From a virus (taxonomy: Duplodnaviria; Caudoviricetes): DNA of 27,621 nucleotides. The position numbers were made by a program, and so were the translations under genes. Each line of letters begins with the position of its first letter. The stretch's first letter is position 1. The notes below the pieces were generated by a model. The model was not told where the DNA came from, searched no databases, and saw nothing but the letters and a program-made list of their open reading frames with translations. The stretch lies in the IMG/VR virus record IMGVR_UViG_3300022930_000027, positions 1 through 27,621 of that record, one strand, 5' to 3'. Positions 1-9,544 of this stretch are shown here, piece by piece.

Positions 1-2053
1 TTGCTTTACTCAATGCGCTTGCAGCCTCCGAATTTAATGTGTTTATATTCTTATATCCACTTTCATCGGCATTCAAAAACTCTATCCTGCCTCTAAATAC
101 CCCATCATTCAAATTTAATGTTGAATAACCATCATCAGAAGATAATACCCCCTTTATAAATTGTCCATTTGTTTCAGAAATACCATAATTTGGGTTAAAA
201 CCTCTTACAGCTCCATCGACGCTGTTTAGATTTCCGATAAGAAAATAGTAATAGGTACTGTCACTTTCTATTTGCCTCGCTACAGTATCCAAAACAATAA
301 TTCCTGTACTATTACCTCTATTACATTTAGCATAAACATAGTAAGCAGTTGAACTAACAAGTCCGCTTATGTTGCCAGAAGGAATATTCCAAATGACAGT
401 AGAGCCAGGCACAACAGTCTGATGCGCCAATGTTCCGCCAATCCAGTTAAATATGTTTGGATTGCCTAAATAATTTTGTCTAAATAATATGCCATTTAAA
501 GTGAATATCTGGGTACGTGATCCGACTTGAAGATTTAGTGTTGATATACTTTCTTGCGCAAAATTTCCTGGTTTAAACTTCCCGCTCGGATCAAATACCA
601 TTGCCTGATTTTCATCCAGTCTACGAGATGTAAATGCCTTTACCTCCTGAATATTCTCTTTAACAACCTGCACCTGTTTTGCGCTTTCTATCACAATTCG
701 CTGTATCTGCTGCTCCTCCGAATATTGCACCTTATCACTAATGGTAGCGGTAACTTTCCATGGTTCGATTAAGGGATAGGTAATGGATGTAATGCGCATG
801 TTGGCGTTTATTCCAGTCGGAACATTTGTAACCTGTATTTTCTGCCCAACATTAAGCACGGGAACTAAATTCTCTTCAATTACATGTATAGGATCAATTA
901 CAAGTCCATACGATACATCAAGTTTATTTTCCCTATTGGCATATTCAGTAGTCAAGTTCTTAACACCCAACTCTGCAACGTCTAAATAACTTTGTGGCAG
1001 ATTTATTCCTATAAATACATAGGTATCTCCTGCCTGTAATGGCAAAACCACACTTGGATAACTAAAGCCTCCCTCTTTATTCGGACGTATCTTAAATGAT
1101 TTGGTAGTATTATTATAGCTGGATGTATCTATCTCAAATTCACTCCCTGTCCAATGGCCAGAAGCCATCACGATCATTGGAGTTTCTCCGGTAATAAAGT
1201 TATCAGCCAGATTAAAATCGATTGAGGTATCAGCAATTACCTGACCGTCACTTGTAGGAGTTGAAGCGCTGCTCAATGAACCAGTTCTATGTGGGTAAAC
1301 ATCCTCAAATACCACCTCGATTTCTATTGGTTCGCCATAACTTGCAGCATCTGGAATATCTACATAACCAGGAGAGAAAGACAAACGCTCAAGACCTCCA
1401 CGATACCCAGCAGGGATATTCCTTGTACTACCAAAGCCACGAACCCTTGTAAAAAATTCTCCCTCAACACGTTTGCTTAATGAGTATAAACCATTATTAA
1501 TTCCGTAAGCCAATGGTATCGCATCGTTTACCAATTCAAATCGTTTTGTTAAACTGATCTCTTTAACAACATAGCTAACCTCTAATCCAAATGCATTGAA
1601 TATACGTCCCAATGCACTTCGGCAAGTGTCACCCACAAAACCCACTTCCAAAACTCTCCCATCATCCTCAACCTCCCCAACAGTCCAGCCACTATCAATA
1701 GAATTTATTTTGCCAACTAATATGGTTAGAAGTTGAGTAGCAGTTCCGGTAAGCGTGAATGTCGAAAGACCTGCATCATTAAAAAACGGCTTAGCAAACA
1801 GGCTGTAGCTTGTCCCCATCAATACCGCACCATAGGTATAATCGTGTGCAATATCAAGGTCCACAAACTTTAGTATCTGATATTTTAAACCTTTGTGGAT
1901 GATGTAATCTTTAATCATCAGGTTCAATGGCACATCGGATCTGAACGTTGCCGTTATCTTATCCTCGCCATTTACCTGAGCTGAAAATACGGTACTACTA
2001 TCAATTTCAGCAACTGCAGTAATACTATTGCCCCTATATATATCTATTGTCAT
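1..2053 (-). CDS. Tail tip / baseplate hub (Tal-like) protein, 3' end beyond the window
   Basis: Not in the ORF track because it is incomplete. ATG at 2053, 10 nt after the tape measure stop; manual translation MTIDIYRGNSITAVAEIDSSTVFSAQVNGEDKITATF... with LAYGINNGLYSL, TRVRGFGSTRNIP and VVFEDVYPHRTG, motifs typical of Bacteroidota siphophage tail-tip proteins. Confidence 0.8.
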   Translation of the reverse strand, partial: MTIDIYRGNSITAVAEIDSSTVFSAQVNGEDKITATFRSDVPLNLMIKDYIIHKGLKYQILKFVDLDIAHDYTYGAVLMGTSYSLFAKPFFNDAGLSTFTLTGTATQLLTILVGKINSIDSGWTVGEVEDDGRVLEVGFVGDTCRSALGRIFNAFGLEVSYVVKEISLTKRFELVNDAIPLAYGINNGLYSLSKRVEGEFFTRVRGFGSTRNIPAGYRGGLERLSFSPGYVDIPDAASYGEPIEIEVVFEDVYPHRTGSLSSASTPTSDGQVIADTSIDFNLADNFITGETPMIVMASGHWTGSEFEIDTSSYNNTTKSFKIRPNKEGGFSYPSVVLPLQAGDTYVFIGINLPQSYLDVAELGVKNLTTEYANRENKLDVSYGLVIDPIHVIEENLVPVLNVGQKIQVTNVPTGINANMRITSITYPLIEPWKVTATISDKVQYSEEQQIQRIVIESAKQVQVVKENIQEVKAFTSRRLDENQAMVFDPSGKFKPGNFAQESISTLNLQVGSRTQIFTLNGILFRQNYLGNPNIFNWIGGTLAHQTVVPGSTVIWNIPSGNISGLVSSTAYYVYAKCNRGNSTGIIVLDTVARQIESDSTYYYFLIGNLNSVDGAVRGFNPNYGISETNGQFIKGVLSSDDGYSTLNLNDGVFRGRIEFLNADESGYKNINTLNSEAASALSKA

Positions 2054-2063
2054 TTGCTTATGC

Positions 2064-5000
2064 TTAAATTCTTAGGTAGTTATCGTTTAAAGTGCTGCTA
2101 GGGGATTTTCGTGTATTTCTGGCAATTTCGTCCAGCTTTGCACCGATCCCATCCGTATTATCCGCTCCCCTACGTGTATTGGCTTCGATCTTTATGGCCA
2201 CTTCTAGATTTTGGGTAGCTATAGCGTAGCATTTGCCCATCCAACCAGATATGCGCTTCGCCTCCTCGTAAGTTCCCACAATTGGTCCAGCAATAACATT
2301 GGCTGTTTCCTCTGTAATGGTGCGCCCGATAGCCGATGATATTGCACCTTGGCTTTGTGCCGCTACCGGCTTGTAATCAACTCCGAAAACATCCTGCAAC
2401 CTTTCATACTCCAATTTACCATCAGCGATAATCTTGGCATATTGGGCTTTCAACAATGCCAATTGTTCAGCTTTCTTACCATCCTCAACCTTATCCAATG
2501 CATTAAATTGCTCTAAGAACCCAACAAGCTTAGTTTGCAAGAAACTGGTCTGAAAAGTGTTTAGAATCTTATTCTTAACCATGTCATCAAACTTGGTCAG
2601 GAAGTTTTCATAAGCTCCATCGGTATTAGCGAATACATCACGGATACTATCGGAAATGGATTGAAGTTCACTATCAACCGCTTTCGCTGCATCTGTAATG
2701 TTTTCCTTTATATTCTCGCCAAATGTTAGTCCAGTAGCCTCTTCAATAGTTTTTAACTGAGCCCTAGCATTCTCAATAAATGCATTCATTTCAGCAGTAG
2801 CGGCAACTATCTCATCCTTAGTTGGGATTTTACCATCTTTATAAAGGTTTTTAACCTTATCAGCTAATGGCTTTAGAGCATTCGTTATTACCTCAGCCTT
2901 TAATGCATCCAAAATGTAGCCACTCAATATTTCCTCTACTGCAGCGCCTGTCTTATCAGCAGCAGTAGTTAAGAGGTTGAAGAGCTTTTCGCCAAATGTT
3001 GCAACTTGTGGATCGATAACTACAGGAACACTGATCTTCTCGCCTGTTCTTTGCTCGTATTCCTTGATCTTCTCTTGGGCTAATAGTGCTAATGCATCGT
3101 ATTCAGCTTTCAAGGAAGCCACATCAGCAGCCGTTAACCCCTTTTTTGTTAGTTCGGTAAATCTTTCACGGTAGGCTTTTACCTTATCCGCATAATCACC
3201 ACTTTCCATGGTAGAAAGAAAATCCTCTTTTAATGATGCGGTAAAGTCATTGCCTAAATCTTTCAACAAATCCTGACTTTCCAGGGCTATACGCAAAATG
3301 GATGTACGGAGTTCGTTAAGTTCGCTATCATCAACATTTATCTTAATACCTGTTGCTTTTTCTAAGTCCGCCTGTCTCTGCTTCTGTTTGGCTATAATAT
3401 CTTGGTATGCAGGGCCAAGCGCATCTATCTCAGCTGCCGTTAGACCATCTTTGGCAGCTTCGGCAAACATATCGTACCACTTTTGCACCTCCGCTTTAAA
3501 TTCTTCTGTTTTAAGACTGTTAAGCATTGCCTTACGGATAGCATCCTCGAAGTTTTTTGCAGCATCCTCGCCCCTAGATAAAGCATCTACTATACCATCA
3601 GCAAACGCTTCGAAGGACGTTCCGGTTAATTGTTCTTTAGCCGCATTTCCTAAGTCGATTATTGCTTGTTTGGCATTGATTAGGTTATTGATGATCCTTG
3701 CAGTAGCCTCGTCGATTTGGTTACTATCTAACAATTTTCGCAAATCTTCTAAGCTAGCTTTAGAAAGATCTCCAAGTTTTTTAAAGAAGCCAGCTTTTTG
3801 CAGTGCCTCATATCCTAGTTTATCAGTACCAAATAATTGCTCTCCATTGTTAAATTTGGCTATAATCCCATCTACCACCTTATCGCCAGTCAATAATAAC
3901 TTACCCGATAATTCAGATATGTATTTAGCTTGATTATCTGTAGCGGCTTTTACTGCTTCGGAATATTTGCCAATCTTCTCAACACCGTAAGCTTCATTTA
4001 TCAATGCTATTTGGCGTTCAAGAACTTTATTTAAATTCTCAGCCTGTCTGTTTCTTAATTCAGCTGCGTAGGCTTCCTGTTCTTGGTTTTCCTTTGTTTT
4101 ATCTAACAATCCGTTTATGAAACCGCCAATTGAACTTACAATTGAAAGGGCACTAGAAAACACTCCAATACCTCCAGTAATACCTCCAAGTATATCGCCC
4201 TTGGGCAATTTGTTAACTGCATCTATACGGCTTCTTATATCCCCAATACCACCGATAACATCACCGAAAGTATTCAGCCATTGACCAAACCCTTCGTTAA
4301 CCTCGCCTACTATTGAACCGATGTTTTTAAGTTCCGAACCCAATGCAATTAGTCTTTCTGGCACACGCTTGTCTAGCGCATCTATTGTGGTTGATATTTG
4401 CTTAGCTAATTTCTCTGCCTCCTCCTTGGATATTTTGCCAGCTAATAAAAGACCGGCAAGCATTTTCTGACCATCGGCAATAATCTTACGAATAGCGCCA
4501 TCACTCAATTTATCGATATCAGAGTATAAGTCCTTGTAAGCTTTTAGTTTTTGCGCATTCTGATCATCCAAACTACCTAACGCCTCTTTGTGTAATCGAT
4601 CAAGCACAACAATGGCTTGCTTTTCACCATTGGCGACTAGTTTTGCTCTATTTTCATTGTAGGTAGAAATCATTACGGCACGTGTCTGCTCATAATCCAT
4701 TAAGGAGGCTAATAATGCCTGATAACTATCTACCTGCTTTTTTTCTAAATCCTCTAACTGCTTAGTCTTTAATTCAAAGCGTTTCTTTTCCTCTTCGGTC
4801 AATTCCTTTCCTGCAACTGTAAGAGCGGACATAGAGATCCCTAGTATTCCTCCCTGACCGCCTTTCATTTGAGATAGCGCCTGCTTAGCCTGAAACTCTG
4901 CAACCTCTTTGGTTAGCTCTTTGATTAGATCCTCATTGGTTTTTACTTCATTGCCATAACGCTTCTTAGCAGCCGCTGCTCCAAATGTTGTCTTGTAAGC

Positions 5001-7997
5001 TTCATAATCGGCAAATAACTGCTTTTGCTTTTCAAATTCTATTGCTTGCTTGGCGGTTTCCTGTTTATATAATGCTTCGCCCGTTTCCCTAGTTTCAGCC
5101 TGGGATAATCCAGAAATACTAACTTTCAGCCCTTTCTTAATATTTTCCTTGTCCGAGTTGTATTTTACCGCTTCCTTCCTTAAATCGTCATAGTGCTTTT
5201 TAATATTCGCCAATTCCTGATCGTTAGCCTCCAACTGCTTTATGGTAGATTTTTTTATAGCATCCTGTATCTTATCTTGTAGCGTATTCCTTGCTTTAAT
5301 GTCAACGTCCAAGGAGTTTGACCCACCCCTACTTTCTTTCCCATTGGCATCATTAAGTTCTTTTTGTAGTTTTTTGATGGCGGAGACGTTGGCTAAACGT
5401 TCCTTACTATTTAATGCCAGGGTAACATTAGCCTCTTCAAGGGCAGCTATCTCTGCCTTAACAACATCAGCGGTGCGGATAGAATTAGCTACTTTTTGAT
5501 TTGTAATAGTTGCATTATCCTTTCCACTTTTAATCACAACCTTAGCTTCTCTTTCATAATAATCTAAAAGATCCTGTTGTTGCTTTGTTAATTCGCCACC
5601 TAATGACTTGATACGCTTCACCTCATTATACATCTGGCCAGACATCAATACCAGCCTATCACGCATATTCGCTATATCTGCATCATCAGTAAAAAAGCCT
5701 GTTCCCTCTAAAATCTTACCCTGTAGTTTATTTTTACTTTTCGAGAAAATGTCGAATACCTGATTTGCATTTTGTATATCGCCTTTATTCTGAACAGCAA
5801 TCAACTCGCGTTGCGCTTTGGTCATCTTATCAATTTTTGCTCTATTGATATCTAAAGCATTTCCATATTGATCAAATTTGGTGATGATGGACGGCATTAA
5901 TTCACCCAGCTTTGCCGTAACAAAACGTAGTTCCTCCTGCTTATCCCTTGATAGTTTAAAAGACCCACCCAATAATTGCCCTTCTCTAGTCAAACTATCA
6001 TATTGGGCAGCTAATGCGTTTACAGCTTCCTCATTGATGGTCATTGATCTTGTGCTTGGGGTAATGGATGAAACCATATCTGTAAAGAAACCAACAACCC
6101 CTGCTGATGCCTTACCAATGATACCCTGTCCGTTCTCAATTGACAATACAAGGTTATCCCATGCGATGCCGAATTTAGCTGATTGATTGACTAATTTGGT
6201 AGATGCTGTATCGAATTCGGTAGTTAATGCACCTGTAGATTCCTTAACTGTAACAAGTGCTTTATTCAATGTTTCAAAACCAGTTGTCGCAAGTGTACCT
6301 AAAACTAATTTTGAAGCTACACCTGTTAAATTTAGTTTACCCAATACCTGATTTACACTTCCACCTTCTTTATTTAGTTTAGCTAGACCATTGATAAAAT
6401 CGGTAAAGACACCTGCGGCATTATCCTTGAATTTTGATCTAAGCTCCGTAACACTCAGTCCAGTAGCTTTTGTTAATTCAGATATACCTTTTCCGGTCCT
6501 TATAATCTCTTCGAATGAATCAAGAGTTCTAAGTAAAGTGGAGCCTACAACTTCCGCTTCTAGTCCTACCGATTTGGTCGCTGTTGCATAAGCTAACACT
6601 TCCTGTCTGGCAAACTTATAAACGCCAGTATTTTGGGCAATCCTTTCAGCATTTGCTAGTATTGCCTTTTCTGTGGCTGCGAATGCATTACCTAGATTTA
6701 CAATCTCATCTCCAAACGCCTGAACATTTTCAACTCCTCCATCTGTAAGTGTAAGTAGACTTGCGATTGAATTAGCGCCTTCTTCTCCCTGTATATCCGA
6801 AGCTATTTCCAACTTAGCCAATGCTTCAGAAAACGCAAGTATATCCTTAGTTCCTGTAACACCAAGTGATCCGGCGACCGTTGCAAACTCCAATAGCTTT
6901 TCACTAGATACTGTCTCCAATTTCTTTGATAGCTCAATAACCGAATTGCCCAGATCAACTAATCCCCTTGAGGCTAAGCCCGTAGTTTTTCCAACATCCA
7001 ATAACTTATCGTCAAAATCAATTACAGTTCCTTTGTTAGCCTGAAAAAGTGCGAACAAAGTCGTTAGCGCTGTTATGATTATTCCGACTGGAGATATAAG
7101 GAACTCAAATATTGTTTTTCCTACTTCAATAATTGAGGCGCCAAATTCGGCTAGACCACCGGCTGCTGCTAATTGGGTAATTGATGTTCCAAATACGCTT
7201 AAGTGTCCATTGATTGTAGCAAAATGCGGGCTTAAACTTTCTACCGCCTCGCCATAATTACCAACATTTCTTTGGTGCAATCCCAATGTGGCATCTATCT
7301 GCTTTAATCCCTTGTCAAGGATTTGCGTTTGCTTAACTAAATTCCCTGACTTATCGGCTAATGCCTTATATTCGTCAGTGTTTTTTTTACCCTGCTGTTC
7401 AAGCAGGTACATCCCCGCTAATACATCCTTAGCTTCTTTCCTTACATTGTTAAGCGCTTTGTTTAATTGATAATAAGCACTGCTCTCTTGCTCTAACTTT
7501 TTCCTATTGCGCTCACGCTGCGCCTCCTCTTGTCTAGCTAATGAAAGCTGTTCCTTTAAGCGCTTGTTCGCTTCGCCTGCCTGTCTATCAGCTTCCTTTT
7601 GCGCTGCTACCGCCAGCTTTTGCGCATCAACAATCTTGCGCTGTGACAACGCATATTCGTCAGCGGTTATCTTATTTTCCTTAAGCTGTTTGTTAAGTTC
7701 CTGCTCGGCAATCTTAAGTTCGTCAACTGTCGCCTTATGTTGCGCTGATAAAGTCTTTGCGGCCTGCTCGGTAATCTGCAAGTCTTTCCAAACTTTGGCT
7801 TTCTCCTGCAATTCCTGCTTAAGCTTCATTGACCCCTGCTGAAAGGCGGTCATTGGCTTTACGTCAAATCCCTTTGATACGCCCACGCCAAGATCAAGCA
7901 ATTCTTTTTTTAGTAATTGCGCATTCTTGCGGGCCTCATCAATATTTAGCTTCGCGTTATAATTAAGACCCCTTTCCGAACTTGATTTGTTTGCCAT
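2064..7997 (-). CDS. Tail tape measure protein (1977 aa)
   Basis: Very long Ala/Lys/Glu-rich helical ORF after the tail chaperone; TP901-like core (FDDKLLDVGKTTGL...FGDEIVNLGNAFAATE) and the QRNVGNY motif common in tape measures. Confidence 0.93.
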   Translation of the reverse strand: MANKSSSERGLNYNAKLNIDEARKNAQLLKKELLDLGVGVSKGFDVKPMTAFQQGSMKLKQELQEKAKVWKDLQITEQAAKTLSAQHKATVDELKIAEQELNKQLKENKITADEYALSQRKIVDAQKLAVAAQKEADRQAGEANKRLKEQLSLARQEEAQRERNRKKLEQESSAYYQLNKALNNVRKEAKDVLAGMYLLEQQGKKNTDEYKALADKSGNLVKQTQILDKGLKQIDATLGLHQRNVGNYGEAVESLSPHFATINGHLSVFGTSITQLAAAGGLAEFGASIIEVGKTIFEFLISPVGIIITALTTLFALFQANKGTVIDFDDKLLDVGKTTGLASRGLVDLGNSVIELSKKLETVSSEKLLEFATVAGSLGVTGTKDILAFSEALAKLEIASDIQGEEGANSIASLLTLTDGGVENVQAFGDEIVNLGNAFAATEKAILANAERIAQNTGVYKFARQEVLAYATATKSVGLEAEVVGSTLLRTLDSFEEIIRTGKGISELTKATGLSVTELRSKFKDNAAGVFTDFINGLAKLNKEGGSVNQVLGKLNLTGVASKLVLGTLATTGFETLNKALVTVKESTGALTTEFDTASTKLVNQSAKFGIAWDNLVLSIENGQGIIGKASAGVVGFFTDMVSSITPSTRSMTINEEAVNALAAQYDSLTREGQLLGGSFKLSRDKQEELRFVTAKLGELMPSIITKFDQYGNALDINRAKIDKMTKAQRELIAVQNKGDIQNANQVFDIFSKSKNKLQGKILEGTGFFTDDADIANMRDRLVLMSGQMYNEVKRIKSLGGELTKQQQDLLDYYEREAKVVIKSGKDNATITNQKVANSIRTADVVKAEIAALEEANVTLALNSKERLANVSAIKKLQKELNDANGKESRGGSNSLDVDIKARNTLQDKIQDAIKKSTIKQLEANDQELANIKKHYDDLRKEAVKYNSDKENIKKGLKVSISGLSQAETRETGEALYKQETAKQAIEFEKQKQLFADYEAYKTTFGAAAAKKRYGNEVKTNEDLIKELTKEVAEFQAKQALSQMKGGQGGILGISMSALTVAGKELTEEEKKRFELKTKQLEDLEKKQVDSYQALLASLMDYEQTRAVMISTYNENRAKLVANGEKQAIVVLDRLHKEALGSLDDQNAQKLKAYKDLYSDIDKLSDGAIRKIIADGQKMLAGLLLAGKISKEEAEKLAKQISTTIDALDKRVPERLIALGSELKNIGSIVGEVNEGFGQWLNTFGDVIGGIGDIRSRIDAVNKLPKGDILGGITGGIGVFSSALSIVSSIGGFINGLLDKTKENQEQEAYAAELRNRQAENLNKVLERQIALINEAYGVEKIGKYSEAVKAATDNQAKYISELSGKLLLTGDKVVDGIIAKFNNGEQLFGTDKLGYEALQKAGFFKKLGDLSKASLEDLRKLLDSNQIDEATARIINNLINAKQAIIDLGNAAKEQLTGTSFEAFADGIVDALSRGEDAAKNFEDAIRKAMLNSLKTEEFKAEVQKWYDMFAEAAKDGLTAAEIDALGPAYQDIIAKQKQRQADLEKATGIKINVDDSELNELRTSILRIALESQDLLKDLGNDFTASLKEDFLSTMESGDYADKVKAYRERFTELTKKGLTAADVASLKAEYDALALLAQEKIKEYEQRTGEKISVPVVIDPQVATFGEKLFNLLTTAADKTGAAVEEILSGYILDALKAEVITNALKPLADKVKNLYKDGKIPTKDEIVAATAEMNAFIENARAQLKTIEEATGLTFGENIKENITDAAKAVDSELQSISDSIRDVFANTDGAYENFLTKFDDMVKNKILNTFQTSFLQTKLVGFLEQFNALDKVEDGKKAEQLALLKAQYAKIIADGKLEYERLQDVFGVDYKPVAAQSQGAISSAIGRTITEETANVIAGPIVGTYEEAKRISGWMGKCYAIATQNLEVAIKIEANTRRGADNTDGIGAKLDEIARNTRKSPSSTLNDNYLRI
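2375..3625 (-). repeat. Four diverged ~95-100 aa repeats in the tape measure C-terminus (protein level, approximate bounds)
   Basis: Units end DGLTAAEIDAL..YQDII..LEKATGIKI, KGLTAADVASL..YDAL..YEQRTGEKI, KIPTKDEIVAA..IEEATGLTF and DGKKAEQLALL..YAKII..LQDVFGVDY. Confidence 0.65.
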
Positions 7998-8001
7998 AAG
8001 G

Positions 8002-8046
8002 CAAAACTAGGCTTGCGATAACGGAGTGGCGAGCGGTTGGGCTTAC
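8002..8046 (-). promoter_or_regulatory. Candidate late promoter A (tape measure)
   Basis: Minus strand GTAAG, 32 nt, then TAGTTTTG (Bacteroidota -7 consensus TAnnTTTG), then 4 nt and the ATG at 7997. Confidence 0.6.
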
Positions 8047-8166
8047 TAGCAGTGCATTGTAAAACTTATTTTATTATTGTAATTTTCTAAAATAAAAAAA
8101 CTAAAAATGTATTGTAAACGTTCTCTAAATAAGTACAATAGACCTATTTAGAATAATTCTAAATTA

Positions 8167-8209
8167 ACCCATGCTGTATACAAGTATGGGTGTTAATAAT
8201 ATATATTTG
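8167..8209 (+). promoter_or_regulatory. Promoter of the hicB-hicA-like cassette with an operator-like inverted repeat
   Basis: TATATTTG at 8202-8209; imperfect inverted repeat ACCCATGCT-N7-AGTATGGGT at 8167-8191. Confidence 0.5.
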
Positions 8210-8233
8210 TTTATAACGCTATAAAAGAAAATT

Positions 8234-8485
8234 ATGACCGACCAAAAACAGCCAACCTTATCAATTACAGGAGTAATGATACAGGATCCAGATTCACATG
8301 GTTACACGGCATATTTTGCCGAATTCCCAGAAGTTATTGCACAAGGAACAGATTTAGAAAATGCTAAATCAAATCTTTTATTAGCTTTTAAATCTATGAT
8401 AGAATTTAAGAGTGAAGAAGCGCAAGACGAATTTGAGGATGATGATTCCATCATTACTCAAAGCTATCCATTAAGTTTTGCATAA
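8234..8485 (+). CDS. hicB: HicB-like antitoxin (short, no DNA-binding domain)
   Basis: GYTAYFAEFPEVIAQGTDLENAKSNL matches the HicB N-terminal pattern (Y.a..pdlpg..tqG.t.eeA..n); acidic C-terminus. Confidence 0.8.
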   Translation: MTDQKQPTLSITGVMIQDPDSHGYTAYFAEFPEVIAQGTDLENAKSNLLLAFKSMIEFKSEEAQDEFEDDDSIITQSYPLSFA

Positions 8486-8733
8486 TGAACAGGCAAGACT
8501 TTTTAACGTATCTCACTGATAACGGTTGCGTAATCGTAAGAACAGATAAACTAGGTTATTCTGTTATCAGAAATGTATTAACTGGTAAAATATCTGGAGT
8601 ACCTTTAAACGATCCGTGCTATATTGCTACTGTATGTAGAATTTGTAAAACTTTAGAAGTTGACCCACCTGAATGTGCTTTAGACGCTGTTGAAATTGTA
8701 GATAAAGCCCAAAAGAAACACGGTAATAACTAA
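8485..8733 (+). CDS. hicA: HicA-like protein lacking the usual catalytic His
   Basis: MNRQDFLTYLTDNGC..VR.....S..RN..TG....VP...........ICKTLEVDPP follows the HicA pattern; TAATG coupling to hicB; Tyr (LGYS) in place of the G-x-H His. Confidence 0.65.
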   Translation: MNRQDFLTYLTDNGCVIVRTDKLGYSVIRNVLTGKISGVPLNDPCYIATVCRICKTLEVDPPECALDAVEIVDKAQKKHGNN

Positions 8734-8749
8734 ATCATTATAAAATCTT

Positions 8750-8776
8750 AAGCCACCCATCACAGGTGGCTTTTTT
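8750..8776 (+). terminator. Intrinsic terminator after hicA, possibly bidirectional
   Basis: AAGCCACC-CATCACA-GGTGGCTT followed by a T run; lies between convergent genes. Confidence 0.8.
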
Positions 8777-8779
8777 GGC

Positions 8780-9046
8780 TTAAAAAACATCTGCGGCATC
8801 TTTAACCTCAGGTTTTGGTTCTACTTTTTCCTCTTCTTGGTTTATTGAGGCCATGTAAAGCATATAGTTGCTCCAAGTGCATTTCCAAAGTAGTGTTTCC
8901 TCTGTGAATGCCCCCTTAAAATATCTTAGTGCTGCGCTAATGTTGGTGTGTGGGAGGCTATCAACTCGCTCCCGTCTTGCGGACTTGACTTTGGCTCCAG
9001 GATCTTTGATGCTCCTGTCATTAAGACAATAGAAATCGTAAAAGCC
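8780..9046 (-). CDS. -1 frame extension of the tail assembly chaperone (gpGT-like)
   Basis: -1 frame open from 9097 to TAA at 8780-8782, encoding ...ISAALRYFKGAFTEETLLWKCTWSNYMLYMASINQEEEKVEPKPEVKDAADVF; position equivalent to lambda T. The shift site is uncertain. Confidence 0.65.
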   Translation of the reverse strand, partial: GFYDFYCLNDRSIKDPGAKVKSARRERVDSLPHTNISAALRYFKGAFTEETLLWKCTWSNYMLYMASINQEEEKVEPKPEVKDAADVF

Positions 9047-9474
9047 TCCATGTTTGCGGCTTGTAACGATGCAACCAATGTTTGGGAAATATCGATGTTA
9101 TCCATATTTCGCTCTAGATATTCTATCAATTCAGCTTCTGGCTCTTTATAGTTGTTTTGTATTGCAGCAGCTATAATATAGATCATAGTCGGTAAATGTA
9201 CGGGCACGTGTTGGGTTAGCGTTTTTCCTTCATCTTCAAATAGATCAGTGGGCAAAGTTATTGCCTCCCCCGCAATACGGTATTGATTAGCCACAACACA
9301 TGGATAGATTTCAAAGTCCCTAGATAATATGGGTTCAACTTTTGGTTTTCTCAATATCCAATCCCACAACGTTCGCTTTGGAACTTCTGGAGTTTTATTT
9401 TTAATGGTAAAGCTGTAAATTATTTTACCAGTTAAGGTATCCACCGCTTTTTTAATAATCTGATTTCCCTGCAT
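8926..9474 (-). CDS. Tail assembly chaperone (gpG-like)
   Basis: 182 aa, between the major tail and tape measure genes, with an overlapping downstream -1 frame. Confidence 0.72.
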   Translation of the reverse strand: MQGNQIIKKAVDTLTGKIIYSFTIKNKTPEVPKRTLWDWILRKPKVEPILSRDFEIYPCVVANQYRIAGEAITLPTDLFEDEGKTLTQHVPVHLPTMIYIIAAAIQNNYKEPEAELIEYLERNMDNIDISQTLVASLQAANMEAFTISIVLMTGASKILEPKSSPQDGSELIASHTPTLAQH

Positions 9475-9495
9475 ACTTTAATTTTATTAGCGAAT

Positions 9496-9524
9496 AAAAA
9501 AGCCCTTGCCAATAAGCAAAGGCT
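9496..9524 (-). terminator. Intrinsic terminator after the major tail gene
   Basis: Minus strand AGCCTTTGC-TTATTG-GCAAGGGCT-TTTTT; the G-U pair forms only on the minus-strand transcript. Confidence 0.75.
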
Positions 9525-9544
9525 TTTATGAAACTTTATCTCTA

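Noticed and set aside
554-1480. Four plus-strand ORFs of 63-72 aa
   Set aside because: Antisense shadows of the long minus-strand tail-tip gene (1-2053).
2977-7842. Plus-strand ORFs up to 211 aa inside the tape measure
   Set aside because: Ser/Leu/Ala-rich antisense translations typical of codon-biased genes. The same applies to the shadow ORFs over the tail, capsid, portal and terminase genes.
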